A stretch of DNA of 64,000 nt from Octopus vulgaris (GCA_951406725.2 OX597825.1:89218001-89282000); one strand, 5' to 3'; positions 25,398 to 39,189 are shown, counted from the first letter of the stretch. Translations and numbers: made by a program. Notes: a model not told the origin generated them from the sequence alone.

Positions 25398-27424
25398 GAG
25401 TTACCATGACATAGTAAATAATTATAATATATATAACGAGGTAAGTATTTTTCTTTTTAGACATGAATTTACATAGTGTTGCCTTTAAAGTGGATGTAAC
25501 AGAGATAGTAGAACATAGAGAAAGAGAAACCGAAGTGAGTCTAATCAATCAGACCGATGTAGAAGAAGACAGGCAGCGATGTTGGGAAATATTAACGGAA
25601 ACTGAGAAGATTATTGATTGGAAACAGGAAATACTTCTCCAAGTTGATGCTAAAGGCAAAAGAATATCATATTAGTCTTGGTGTTTTTAATACCAGCACC
25701 GGAAATAAAAGTATCACTTGATATGATATGTCTCGAATTTTTCTTTCTTTTGTTTTTTTTTTAACTAAGTTAGCTGAAATAGCAGTTCAAGTCATAAGTA
25801 TGAAACAAGCAATGAAATCGTAACAGATGAAATTAAGTTGCGATTATTTATTGAATGGTAATTCCAATGTTTTCTTTATCAAATCTTTATATCTTTCTTC
25901 AGTCAGTAGCATTCACTAATATTTGTAGCTGCACAATATATTAGAGTAGTGGACTGATAGTTTCAGACATGGTTATTATGTCCTAATCTAAAAACATCTC
26001 ACTTCCAAGTTCTCTTCAACCCAATAAGCAATAAGATCGACCATCTTTCCTTAGTATTAACATCGCTAAAGTTAAAGAATATTTAGATATCTTGTGATTC
26101 AGATTTTCTTTCCAGCTATTATTATTAATGGAAATTTCACTAGATACATGCATCAACGGGGATTGTTAATTACTCTTACGATTTAATGGGTGCTAATACT
26201 TACTATGGTGCAATCTATACACTGCGAAAATAAGTCTCCAGAAGATTCGGCAAATTATAGAAAGCTTTTTATGACTTGAGTTCCTCTGTCGTCTTAACCG
26301 CCACCCCAAATGACCCTCAATCTTTGCAAATGCTAGAATTATGTGAGAGGTTCTATAGACAGGCCAGGATTACACTTTTACTAATTTTTCTTTATTATTT
26401 GGATGTGGAGGATTTGTTATGCAACATTTTTCATAAACGCAAGTTGACGGAGATGCAAGACAGTGAATATGCCTTAATCTAAATTTTTAACTCTTCAAAA
26501 TGCTGTCATATTCGATAATGGGTGCCTAGATGCACTCTGCAGTATTTTCCTCTTTCAGGACACCTTCCACCAGAGATCAGCTCAGAGTATTTGTCGACTT
26601 TGAATAATATTTAACTCTTAAAAACGGAAACTAGATTTTTCTTGTAAATTATTTACACTCCCCATATCAAAGCATTTACACCGGAATAGATTAAATTTTT
26701 TTTTCGTTCTAGAAACAAGAAACGCCTAAAATATACGTCAATGACAACTGGAAGTATTTATATTGACTAGCGAACCCGTGAAAAATTCACGGAAATCATT
26801 AAAAATGTAACCATCTGTAAGCAGTGTACTAGTTCCAAGAAAAATGTTTGTATATTATGACCTTCTGTCTTTACGTTCTCAGTTCAAATTCTGCCGAAGT
26901 CGACTTTACCTTTCGTCCTTTGCGGTCGATATATTAAGTACCAGTTGTGTACTGCGGTCGATCTAATCAACTGGCCCCTCCCTCCCCACAGAAATTTCAA
27001 GCCTAGAAAAGTATATTGCGACAGTTACAGATTCTAGAAAGTAATGTAACACTAATGACTATATAATCCAACCAAAATATCTGTTCCACAAACGTCAACG
27101 GAATTACTATTTAACCTTAAAAAGACATCGTACATATTCAAAGGACCTTCTTGGTTTAGTGGTACGGAACATTCATCTGGCATTCTTTTATTCTTTTACT
27201 TGTTTCAGTCATTTGACGGTGGCCATGATAGAGCACCGTCCTTTAGTCGAAGAAATGGACCCCTGGACTTATTCCCTGTAAGTCTGGTGCTTATTCTATC
27301 AGTCTCTTCTGCTGAACAACTAAATTACGGAGACGCAAACATACCACTATTGCTGTGAAGCAACGGTGGTGGTGGGACAAGCATACACACACACGCACAC
27401 ACACACACACACACATTTCTATAT

Positions 27425-27650
27425 AATCAAAATAAGCAACAAGGCTATCCAGAAGTAATGTAGTACGATCGTTTCATGAGACTCCATTTAATTGAACAAT
27501 GCAAACATTACATCAATTTAAAATGTAGAGCAATCTTCAGCTGCATAAAAATATAGAATTTAGTTAAACTTGAAGGACCCATTTGTATAATTTTATCCAA
27601 AATCACCAAGAAGATAAGGAGATAGACAAAGAACATGTTTTATCAACAAC
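27425..27650 (-). mobile_element. Penelope-like terminal repeat (family A) nested in Helitron copy 1
   Basis: Homologous to 42105-42330; absent from Helitron copy 2. Confidence 0.7.
27458..27546 (-). ncRNA. Type I hammerhead ribozyme-like motif
   Basis: atgcag-CTGAAGA-(58 nt)-GAAACGATCGTA-ctacat: both core boxes, palindromic stem III ACGATCGT, GUA site, stem I with one mismatch. Confidence 0.6.
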
Positions 27651-27699
27651 ATCACAGACTTGGGAATTCTCCCGTTCTGCTGCCAGGAATTCCCAAGTC

Positions 27700-28292
27700 T
27701 GTGAGCCGAGGGGTGGTAGCGCTGTTAAGAAAGACCCAAACAAGGGGGATTTAATTGATAATTTTTGGCCCATCACTCTGCCTAACGCAGAATTGAAGAT
27801 TTTGGCCAAGGTCTTAGCAAAAATGTTGAATAGGAAGGAGTGAGCCTGTTTTCTCTCAGTAGTTGCTGTGGCGAAAGAAGTAGTATGGAAGACTCACAGA
27901 CGAGAGTGAAAGGAATTGCAACAGGCATGTTCATCTCCAGTCTCGAGCTAATCGACTTTTTCGTTTTCCACATGAAACGGAAAATAAGGCTGGAGAAGAA
28001 ATTGTTTCGTAAAAGATGGAAGTCTATTGCAAGTATGTTGCGAGTGAAAGAACCTGTTTAAACGAGAATATAAAAAAGGAGAAAGCAAAGTCTTCAGTGT
28101 GAGTATGTGGTTTGGAGGGTCGACCGCGTCCTCCGCTTCATTTTTTGTAAATCACTCATTCTCATTTAATTGTATATATTTTAATTGTCTATTTATACGT
28201 TTCGTCTCATTCGATACCCTGACCCCAATGTTTGTTTTGTCTGTCCTCGTATCGTCTCCTTTTTTTCTCAACCTTATGGGGAATAAAGAAAT
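27700..28292 (+). mobile_element. Tx1/L1-clade LINE fragments (RT N-terminus fused to ORF2 C-terminus and 3' UTR)
   Basis: KDPNKGDLIDNFWPITLPNAELKILAKVLAK, then AKEVVWKT..FHMKRKIRLEK..FRKRW; ends aataaagaaatt followed by a (TC)n-rich tract. Confidence 0.8.
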
Positions 28293-29039
28293 TCTCTCTC
28301 TTTCTCACCCACTCTTCTCTCTCTCTCTCTCTTTCACTCTCTTTCTTTCTCTCTCATTCTCTCCCTCTTACTTCCTCTCTGTCCTCCTCTCTCTCGCTTT
28401 GTGAATTCTTTAAAGTGTGACACACAACACAGATACGAACAAAAATAAAAAGTTAGCCTATTTAATATTAATGATAATCACATTGAGATTCACAACAAAA
28501 ATTCGGAATCCACACTCCTTATCCGATTTACTGGCCCCTAGGTTGTTTCCATCTTTGGAGAAACCAACTTCTTTACAGTGAGGGAAAAACTATGGAATTG
28601 GGAAAAACCTGTCAAGGATTCTACTACAAATTTTCCTTTCAATTTCACAAATTTTTATTAGATTTATTGCATGTCGATAGTTTTTTGAGATACACAATTA
28701 ATGTAAAATTTACAAAATAATTAATATCAGCTAAAATACCGCCTTCCGGGCGGTTCTCTACTGGCTTCTTGATGACATTTTCACATTTGATTCCCAATTC
28801 TAATAATTTTTATGATATTTTACGTGTATTTTTATATTTTTGACTGAGATGCAAGACAATGAATATGCCTGAAACTAAATCTTAGTCTTCAAAATAATAT
28901 CATATTGGATTTGTGTTTTACGGTTAATTATTTCTAAGCAAGTGCTCATTTGCTTACTAAACATTGTTTTCGTTATTTTATCACAGTCATAAATCACTCT
29001 TTTTTAAACACGGTAATCTAACAACAGAGGGAGAAGCAG

Positions 29040-29330
29040 TTTGTCAAGTTTTACCTTCCCCTCAAAACAACAGCTATCTAACGCTATGCCAAAACATCTG
29101 AGGGACTCCCATGGAGTGGGAGTCAATGCTTTCAAGAAACAACTTGATCTCTAGCTACCCAAAGTCCCAGAGGAACCAATATCAAAGCAGGTAGCTGAAA
29201 GAGAGCAGTATTGCCGAAGTCCCTCCTTCACCAAAAGCGAATCACATAAGTTTGGTCATTCAAAAGGTGATAACACTGGTGGTGCCCCAGCATGGACACA
29301 ACCGTTCAGCTGAAACATATTACAGAATGA
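29040..29330 (+). mobile_element. CR1-group LINE 3' end
   Basis: Similar to 38780-39045 (LRDSHGVGVNAFKKQLD..VPEEP; tail ggtgccccagcatgg...gctgaaac). Confidence 0.75.
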
Positions 29331-29342
29331 AAGGATATATAT

Positions 29343-29373
<31 letters not shown>

Positions 29374-29594
29374 ACATTTACACATACGATTTTGAATTTG
29401 TGTCGCAAGATCCCTGAAATGAAACAGATATCGTTTTATTTCGGGAACGTTTCATTTGTTGCCAAACAAACATTGTCTGGAAATCATACAGGGATATATA
29501 CAAGGATATACATACATATATCCATATGTATGTATACATGGATATATACAAGGATATACATACATATAGCCATATGAATATACATAGGGATATT

Positions 29595-30240
29595 GCATTT
29601 GTAGATCCAGCACGTGGTTAGCATAACGGACATGAATTTTTTGAACTTCATGTTGGTGTCAGGTGTAAAGACATTGGGACAACCATTTTTGATCATCTCT
29701 TTCTCAATTGATTTCCAGTCTGCTTTATGGAAGTTCAGATTGGATAGATTTTAGGTGCTTCTCATAGGCTGCATGTCTGCGGGTTCCCTTGGTCCATATG
29801 GGTTGAGCTCTATTATTATATTGCGATCCGAGATTAGCGTCGGTGTCATTTGCACATTATAGATGAGATCCATATTGTTTGTGAAGCAGAGATGAAGTAA
29901 ATTATTTACTTTCATTCGTTGGAATATTACTTGTCCCATGTATAACTTGTTGGTGATTTCGAAGAGCGATTCTACTTGATTTTGCTCAGATCGCGTCATT
30001 CCTGAGAGGAAAAGGACCTCAGGTTAACCTATGTTGGGCAGTTTGAGGTCTCCCATGAGAAGTACACTGACGTGTTGTTCTCATTTGGTTTAATACTTCT
30101 ATTTTCGTAAGGCAGTCTACGAAGAGGCTCGTGTGATTTGTAGCATTTGGCGAGCGATAAGTAGTACATATAACTTGATCGACATTCTGTATAAGAGGCA
30201 AATAGCGTTTTAGCTGTAGCCATTCCGCATAACTGAAACT
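29595..30240 (-). mobile_element. CR1-group LINE apurinic endonuclease fragment
   Basis: VICTTYRSPNA, MGDL, LCFTNN..PTLISDRNIIE, NLNFHKADWK; homologous to 36400-36920. Confidence 0.8.
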
Positions 30241-31183
30241 GTGATAACTTACAAATTCATATATTAATAGTGTGTGCGAGTGTGGGGAAGTATCAACTGA
30301 TTATTACGCCGATACTCAAAGGATGGAGTACAATGAGAAACCGGTGATATTCGTACCCGGAAGGTAGAGGAATGAAAACGCGTTTGTCCATAACGTGCGG
30401 TAATGTGATGTCCATACCATTTTCAGGAGAGGTTTTGATGATAATTTAATGCCATAGTAATACTAGGCAATGGTGACTGGATCAGAGCCAACATCAAGCT
30501 AGTTTAATCCTACAGACAGCTGGATTATACACCCAGATTCATGAAAAAATGTTATAGCAATGGAATCCATTTGATGACACACTGAGTTTTGGGAGTAGAA
30601 TCATAAATTCCTCTTTTACCGAATTATATTAGTTCCCTTACATCAGTTTCTACTTTTGTAATAATTGCTTCGGTGATGTTATGCTTAAATAAAATTTTAA
30701 AACCATGACACTATAAGCTAATAACATACATAGAGATATCTATAAACAAATAGTTTCATCCATACACACACACACACACACACACACACATGTGCATGCG
30801 TACGTGCGCGCGCGCGTATATGTGAATGTGACGGACTGGCGGATGGATTGATCTGCTATTACACAACTCATTTTCTAGTTTGCAAACAAGTTTGACAGAT
30901 ATGAGACCAGATATTAGCAGCGTTAAGGAAATGAGGCCACGTTTGAGTACTTCAATGTAAGCTGTCAATATTTGAAGAAGGAAAGAAACCAATATCTTCG
31001 TGTTTTAATTTGTCGATATTGTTTGGTTGCCTTCATCTTGCATCATTTTGTTTACTACAACCAGAACTTGAACTTACATCATTTAAAAGAAATAATCGAG
31101 CTCAGAGAAAAAGTTGAAATATCTAATGTGATGTCGTGGGCATTCTCAAAATGGACGTATGTAAGCATGTGTAAATAGTGTGC

Positions 31184-31235
<52 letters not shown>

Positions 31236-31276
31236 CATATATATATAATAATCTGCATATATATATAATAATCTGC

Positions 31277-31308
<32 letters not shown>

Positions 31309-33419
31309 CGAGATGTTAAAGTAATCATGCACATATGTTCAAATTTTGCCATATTGTTTTAACGGAATATTAAATACTCTTTATCTGTGCAACTTTGTGT
31401 ATAAGTTGCATTATAGTAAGGCGTGTTATATATTAAATGTTAAACGAAGGCAGTTTATATGAGCCCCACCGTCATTCATTATCCAGTAAATTTATTATCA
31501 TTCTGATGATCTCCTAACTCTCTTCAATAGCTTTGACACGACTGAAACTTTGTATTTCATGAAGAATATATATCAAAAAAATAACTGTTTACTTGTTGAC
31601 TCTGACAAATGTGATCGGTTTGATAGTTGTTCCGCTGCTTACAATTGACATAAGGTCCACATTTATGTTTAATAGTTACGAAAGGAACTATGAGAATCGG
31701 AAGAAACTAGCGATGGTGCTTAGTAACAAACAAACAAAAAAAGTGCGAAACTAGTTTTCGTGCATTTTTCGTTGTGGAATAAATTGCGTTGAGTTTAGGA
31801 AGTTTAACGTAGAATGCAACGTGTTTTTTTGTTTTTTTTATTAAATCCATTGATAACATGTGGACTGCCGAACATTTATGTTAGCAATTAAGCAGTCGTA
31901 TATGTCTGATTTCTTCACTGAAATAAAGAAAAGATATCGCCTTTGTCAGTATTATTGTCTTGAACTCCATATGATTATTACCATATACAGGAATATTTTA
32001 TATTTGTCAATATAAACCTGTGGTCAATAATTTAACATGAAATTGCTTAGCATAAAGCGTGTCAAATCTGGACAAAAATAACTTAAACGAGACTAGAAAA
32101 AGTAGTAATGAAGATACTTCCAATAAACACGGATTGACTGATTAGATATTACAAAAACATACAGTTTAGTTAGAAGTGCACACCTTATTTCTTTTGTTTC
32201 TTGTTTATTTTATTTTTATTTGCAGATACTCGAATCAGCTTCTGTCGTATTAGATACTTTTATAGTCTTACACTAAATGTTATCATAGTTTATGTTCTTA
32301 GAAGACATCTACCTGTGTCAGTGTGAAATGCAATTTAAGTTAGCCAGGTGAGTTTCATTGTATTTCAAATGCAGTCATTATGTTCATTTTCATTATACTT
32401 TACGTCTGTTGTAGCCAAGTTAATTACTTTCCAGTTGGAAATATAACTACGTTCTATTTGAGGACATTGTACTTTGCGTAGTCCATTAACTTTTCAGTGT
32501 CAGGTCTGTGTTTAGTTTAATTTCCCTATTCCTGAAATAGGAGATAGCTTGACGTTATTAATTTCCTTCACTTTCACGTTTATCTCCCTATTAAGTCAGT
32601 GCAATGTGTAAAATGATTTGCAGTTATCTTTCGTCTATTGCAAACTTAGTGTGCTCGTCCATTTATATCGGATAATTTATCGTCCCTTTACAACATAGTC
32701 TTTAAACTGTTTCAGCTTTAAAGCTGCAGTCATGCTGGAGTACCGCCGATATATTCGTACTCGTAGTCGAGTACGGTTCTGAGATGTTAACTGCGGCATC
32801 AAAGATTTATTAGGATCTACAAAGTCATGAGGACTCCAACGGACTATATGCTAACCCTTCTATCCTTCGCTTGTAAGCTATCTGCTCTTCTCGACAAATA
32901 TTACAACCTGAAAATGGTCAACGTGCGAGGAACTGTCCAAAGACTTAACTTTATATTATGCCCAAAACATTATTGTTGAGCTGAGATCAATTTCTAAGTT
33001 TTTACTACACCAGTTCATTCTCAGCCCCACCTATTGTCCCCATAAAGGCAGGGTGAAACAACGTGACGCAGCACATTGGTCAGGAGACGTTGAAATGCTC
33101 ATTTTTTATTTTTTTTATTTTGCAAGTATGTCATTTACATCCTTGCTCATTCTTTGATAGAAATATCGAATAAAGAACTAGAAATTTTCCTGACCAATTT
33201 CTCCTACATTCTGTCAATGGAGGTCAATTGTCTTGTATTCAAAACTTCTTGGTTTTCACCATTGTTAAAGTTGATTTTTTTTTATCTGGTGAAGTACATT
33301 ATGTCAATTGCTAGCATATGTGTTTAAATTGTTATCGTGTGTGCTTTTCTGGGTATCTTGCGTATCGTTCATATCTGAGTTTGACTTCAATTGAAGCCTG
33401 TTTGTTAGATTACGTTTAG

Positions 33420-33620
33420 AGATAGTAGACATAAAGAAATATCCATTCTTCAATGTCGCAGAAAAGGAGAAATTACCCAATTATAAAGATCTTGAGACAA
33501 TGACATGCAGAGAAATAAGATCTTAGACAATTCTCTTAATATTAGGAGTATTAAGAATGAATAGAAATGAATTCGGAAAACAGATCGCCACCTCAAAATT
33601 GCAAGAGCAGTGAGTGATAT
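33420..33620 (+). mobile_element. R4/Dong LINE 3' relic
   Basis: NYKDLE...TILLILGVLRM matches KYKDLE...TIPVVIGALGM of the 12689 ORF. Confidence 0.5.
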
Positions 33621-35458
33621 TACATACGTATCATTTGGTAGAGCTGATCTTCTCGAGATCTTTCACACACTGACATAATAAAATTTGGAATTCTGTCTCT
33701 CTTATACAAGATTGTAGAATGAAATAACATAGAATGATGGATGTAAACACCTTCAGATATCATTTTGCCTGATTTAGTGAAAATCCCCGAACTAAACAAC
33801 AAAAGCTGCTTCGAGTCGATCGGATAACATCTACTAGAGCATTTGATCTGCTAGAAAAAGCAACCGTGCGTTTCTCAAATAAAACCTAATTTTCTGTAAA
33901 AGATGGAGTGATCACAACTAGACTGTCTTTCATCATAAATATGATGGTCAGGGCTGACATGGAACTAAACAATAACAACTCCAATATCAGCATTGACAAC
34001 GCCATGTGTAGTTTAGTTCACAAGTGCTCTGACAATAATTTCGTTAATAATTATTTGTATAAATACCAACAACAAGCTTTTAATAAACATCAATAACGTT
34101 GTGAAAGAATCGACTGTGATATCATACTTTCTTAATTTGTTGTAACCATGACATTAGAAAAAAATGAAGACGGGCCGTGCTGTTTGCCGAAAGTCAGAAT
34201 CTATTGAAATATATTTATTATTTGTTGCTTTCGGGTAGAAGCACTTAATATGGGATGTCATGACAGCAAACAAAAGGAATGTTACTAGGAATCATGAAAT
34301 GGGTGAAAGCAGTATTAATATATGTAACAACATAAAAACTGACGTTTTTTTTTTTTCACCAAACTCCGCGTTGTGATTGTATACATTGTTATTGCTGCAC
34401 AAGAATAAAAGATTAGAAGAATCGGGTGACAGATGATGGCGGGGGTAACCATTGATTTCGATGCCTCATCCATGAATACTCATAATTCTTAGAAGTGGTA
34501 TTTATGTTAATAGTAAAGGGAAACATGAAAAATAAACAACCCTGCAGGTTTGCTTCCCCAAGAGAGTTGGAAAACAGTAAAGAGTGAGGAGGGAGTTGTA
34601 TGAAGTGCAGGTTTTACTTATTTATATGAATAAGATATTCACGTCTCTAGAGAAAAGGATCACATCGAAGAATTAACAATAGAAACCAGGTTTGACTTGA
34701 ACAATATCGATCATGGTTTGGGTCAAGCATATTTAACATCTTTGTATATAAAAACAATCACACGTAAAATAATAAAGTATGTACGAAAGAAAAATGGGGA
34801 TAAATGGGGTTGAAGTTGTTGTTGAAGTCTACATTTTTTTTAGATTAAACGCAGTTTTGATGTCAACGAACGATTATGTATCCAACAGAAAATGAAGAAC
34901 AAAATTATCTTAATTGGTAATAATGATGATGATGATGATGCAGACAAAACTCTAGTAACAACTGTAATCAAGAATAAACTATTTCTGATCTTAATAATAG
35001 TGATAATGAAGATGATGCTAGCGAGACTAGATCTCATAATGATATAATGATAGCTCGGGCGACAATAATATCAGAGGATATCATTTCCAGAATCCATAGA
35101 CAAGTAACCTTCACGATCATTACTTCCATATGCTATGATCGAATTTTTCCACTTGACCTTTATTTTTAACATTGATTATTTACATTGAATTATCGAGGAC
35201 TTCAGCTACAACAGCGAACACACTCCGACAACATCTTTGCTCAATAGAAATATCATCATGTGTGACATAAAACACGATGTCATTGCATCAGTAGACATAA
35301 CGACTTGCTTGATGCATCAACCGATAATAGACCGACTACACACAATCTGGTAGTTTGTGGGAAATCTTACACGTAGGCAGAAAAACATGCTGCTGCCTGT
35401 GAATTGATTTGTCCTTCATACCAACTTTGGCATTAGCGCAAGATTTGCATTTGTCAAA

Positions 35459-35492
<34 letters not shown>

Positions 35493-35506
35493 ATATATAT
35501 ATATAT

Positions 35507-35790
35507 CACCGCGATCACCGTGACCGATGTTGCTACATACCGCTGGTCACAATGCGCTTTGAATTGTTTAGCCTTCAAGTGACGCCACCCCGCAGGCTAA
35601 GCGAGCAGGACAACAGAAGAAAGACTGAGAGAAAGTTGTGGCGAAAGAGTACAGCAGGGATCACCACCACTCCCTGCCGGTAGCTCGTGGAGCTTTAGGA
35701 GTTTTCACTCACAACGCCCGGTCTCGCAATCGAAACCGCGATCCTACAACCGCGAGTCCGCTGCCCTAACTACTGGGCCATTGCGACTCC

Positions 35791-35792
<2 letters not shown>
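35507..35792 (-). mobile_element. tRNA-derived SINE (third family) inserted in (TA)n
   Basis: Minus strand gtggagtcgcaatggcccagtagttagggcagcggact...ggtttcgattgc has A and B boxes; GC-rich body. Confidence 0.85.
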
Positions 35793-35825
<33 letters not shown>

Positions 35826-36259
35826 TCATATGTTTAAGTATACGTTTAATAATGCAAAACCCAGTATTATATATTTGCATAATTACGTTTCATCCACACC
35901 TCTTGTGATATACATGTTAAATTTCACTGTAAAATTGTGCCCCTCCTAGACACACACTACTGTGGCTTCAGGTGTGGTGTGAACCGGACTAGTAAAACCT
36001 CATTTTATTCGCTTACATATCACTCTTAACGCACCATCATATAGGAGCAAAACCTTTGTTATCAAGAATATAAATAGAATTTTGAGGTAAAAATTTGAAT
36101 AACTGCGCATGGTTAATATTCCGACATAAAATGTTGAATTGTTATCATCGGGCAGGAATTGAAGAAACAAAAAATGTCCAGTACAATATACATATCAATT
36201 TGATTTCTCTAGATACAGGTGTGATCGAGTGAGGTATGGGTTTGATATAAAAATGCATT

Positions 36260-39045
36260 GTTCAGAGATTGCAACATCGAAACATACTATTAATGGGCAG
36301 AAAAGAAAGGAGTTACAGTGGAGATGCTATGTACATCCGCGAAGACCTCACAGCTCAGGTTCTTTTGTCACACTTCAGTATATAACATCCTGATTGTACA
36401 TATAAGACAACTCGATGTAGTTATTTGTACTACATTTCAGCCTCCAGATGCTCCGAATCACGCAGACCTAATTGAAGACTGCCTTACAAGAATAGAAGTT
36501 CTAGTAACCTGAGAACAACACATAAAGTGTATTTCTTATGGGAGACATCAAGGTGCCCAATGTCGGATGTCCTAAGGGCCTTTCTCTCCCAGGCTCATTT
36601 CTCTCCAATGGCTCATTGCGAACAAGGACAGGTGAAGTCAACACTTTGCACATGGAACAAATAGCACTCCAACCAACCAACCAACCAGAGCAGATACCAT
36701 ACTGGATGTTTGCTTCATAAATATAGATCCTAATCCATAATATGAAAGTGATACCGACGCTACTGACGGATCACAACATGGTAGAGCTGACTATGTCCGG
36801 ACTAAAGGACACCATGAACATGAAATCTACAAAAAACTAGCAAAATCTTTCCAATTTGAACTTCTATCAGGCAAACTGGAAATAAATTGAGTAATAGATC
36901 CTCGAGCAAAACTGGACTAAATGTCTCTCCTCCCCAGACATAACCATGAAACTTCAACAATTTATGTTTGTAAAGCAAGCCATGTGCCACAAATGTGTCT
37001 CAGAGAGAAATGCCACTGTACACAGGAACAAAATCTCCAGAGAGACGAAAGTTCTTATGTGACAAAAATTTCAAATTACCTAAAAAAAATATGGAAAGCA
37101 GTGAAAAATCCCGCCTGAAAATACAACTGCTAAAGATTGTAAAAAGATCTGCAACTATCCCATGAAATAGAAAGTGCAGACGTAGAAACCTGGGCTATGG
37201 ACAATATAAACTATAACCGCAGAGCCTTCTACAAGTTTGCCAAAGAAACAGCCTCAGTGCACTGCAGGGTAGAGCCACTCCTCGCAAAAGATGGTTCACT
37301 CACAGAAAACCCAATGAGGGTAAGTGAAATACTAAATGAGCATTTCGAAAGTGTTTTCACTCCACCCCTAGGACACTTGAGAGTCAGCAATCCAGCTGGA
37401 TCTTTCGCCGCTGCAGATATAAAAAAAAAACAGAGGCAGTGATGATTGATTACATTAATATAAAAGAAGACGCTATAATAAAGGTTATAGATAAGATGGG
37501 CCAAAACCCAGGTACTGGCCCTGACGTATTTTCAGCAATCATTCTAAAATCATGCGAGTCCTAGAAAGACCACTGCAGCTTCTCTTTGAGAGCTTCCTTA
37601 CATCTGGTAAACATCCAAGCAGGCTGAAGGAAAGTAAAATACGCCATATTCATAAAAGAGGGAGCAGAGCAGAAGCCAAAATCTACAGAACTATTTCTCT
37701 GAGCTCGGACATCAGCAAAGTCATAGAACGAACAGCCAGAAGAGACTAATTACCTTCTTTGATGAAAATGACTTGCTGACTGACACCCAACATGGTTTCC
37801 GACCAGGAAGAAGCTGCCTGACTCAGCTCTTACAACACTATGACCGGGTGTTGAAACAGCTGTTCAACTACTCAAACGTGGATGTGATATATCTCGACTT
37901 TACGAAGACTTTCGATAAAGTCGATCATGGAATGATATGTCACAAACTCCGTGATCTCGGCATAGTCGGGAAATTGGGAGAATGGCTGCATGACTTTCTG
38001 AAGGATAGAAATCAGGTGGTAGTAACCAATGGGGCCGCCTCCACTGACACGCAAATAGTGAGCGGTGTTTCGCAAAGCACTGTTTTGGGACCACTATTGT
38101 TCATAATGTCCCTCTCAGATACACCCTCAGTCACACAGGGAGCTCACAGGCGATACAAAACTCTGAAGACGCTAATCACGTGCAACGTGAGTTAGACGAA
38201 ATATATAAGTGAGCTAAGAAGAATAAACTGCAATTTAATGCTGAAAAGTTTCAAGTCCTGTACTATCAGTGTGCAAACCTAAATGCAATACCAATTAAAT
38301 ACACTGGAACTGGAGGGATTGCATCCTTCCATGTGTATGTTGCTAAGTTGGCAATGAAATGCAGGCGGCTGACCGGATGTATTCTTAGAACCTTCAAAAC
38401 CTGAGATCAAGAAACCATGACGGTCGTCTGAGTACATTTCTTCTAAGCTGCTTTGACTATTGCTCCTGTCTATGGTCACCTACCAGTGTAAATTTGATAG
38501 CACAACTTGAGGCAATCCAATGAAGCTACCCGAAGATATACACACTAGGCAGCATATAAACAACTGGGAAACACTAAAGACATTGAGACACTATTTCCTG
38601 GAGCGTAGGATGGAAAGATATGCCATAATATATATCTGTCAGATCATGCAGAGACTTGGCTCAAACTTTGGCACTGAGAGTTACACTAACGGTAGAACAT
38701 AACACAACTGCATAGTGCCAAAACTTCAACTATGCCATCAAAATATAGGACAAGAGATAGCAACAACCTGGGCTTTAAAGGACCTCAGCTCTTCAATATC
38801 CTAACAAAGGACCTGAGAGTCTCGCTTCGGGTGGAAGTAGGTGTCTTCAAGATGAAGCTAGATCACTCACTATCAAGTGTCCCAGATGAACCAGTATTAC
38901 TGCAGGAAGTGCGAATGAGGGCAGCGGCGTCAAAATCCTTCTTGCATCAAATGTCAAGTTCTAAAATGAATTAATGAAGTCAAAATTATGTGGCAACCCC
39001 AAATGAAGGTGCCACAGCATGGCTACAGCTCGTGAGCTAAAAATA
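36260..39045 (+). mobile_element. Decayed CR1-group LINE ORF2 (APE + RT) with 3' end
   Basis: MGDIKVPN, TDHNMV, QHGFRPGRSCLTQLL, YLDFTKTFDKVDH, SGVSQSTVLGPLLF, LERRMERY, GPQLFN; frameshifted. Confidence 0.92.
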
Positions 39046-39070
39046 GTTTGAATTCAATTCAATGCATATG

Positions 39071-39103
<33 letters not shown>

Positions 39104-39189
39104 GAAGAGAGTATGCTCGAAATGTAAAAATAAGTAACAATATGTTAATGATGCCGAGATATATAAATAATGCAAATGCATGATTGTGA

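Larger units (their letters stand above)
26767..28474 (-). mobile_element. Non-autonomous Helitron, copy 1 (cargo: Tx1 fragments, PLE end, two SINE pieces)
   Basis: Minus strand starts A|TCattaatatt and ends with hairpin CCGTGAA-ttt-TTCACGG then CTAG|T; homologous to 46949-49065. Confidence 0.85.

Noticed and set aside
26445-28910. Roughly 70-bp similar segments at 26445 and 28841 on either side of Helitron copy 1
   Set aside because: Diverged and distant from the termini; not a target-site duplication, probably fragments of an older repeat.
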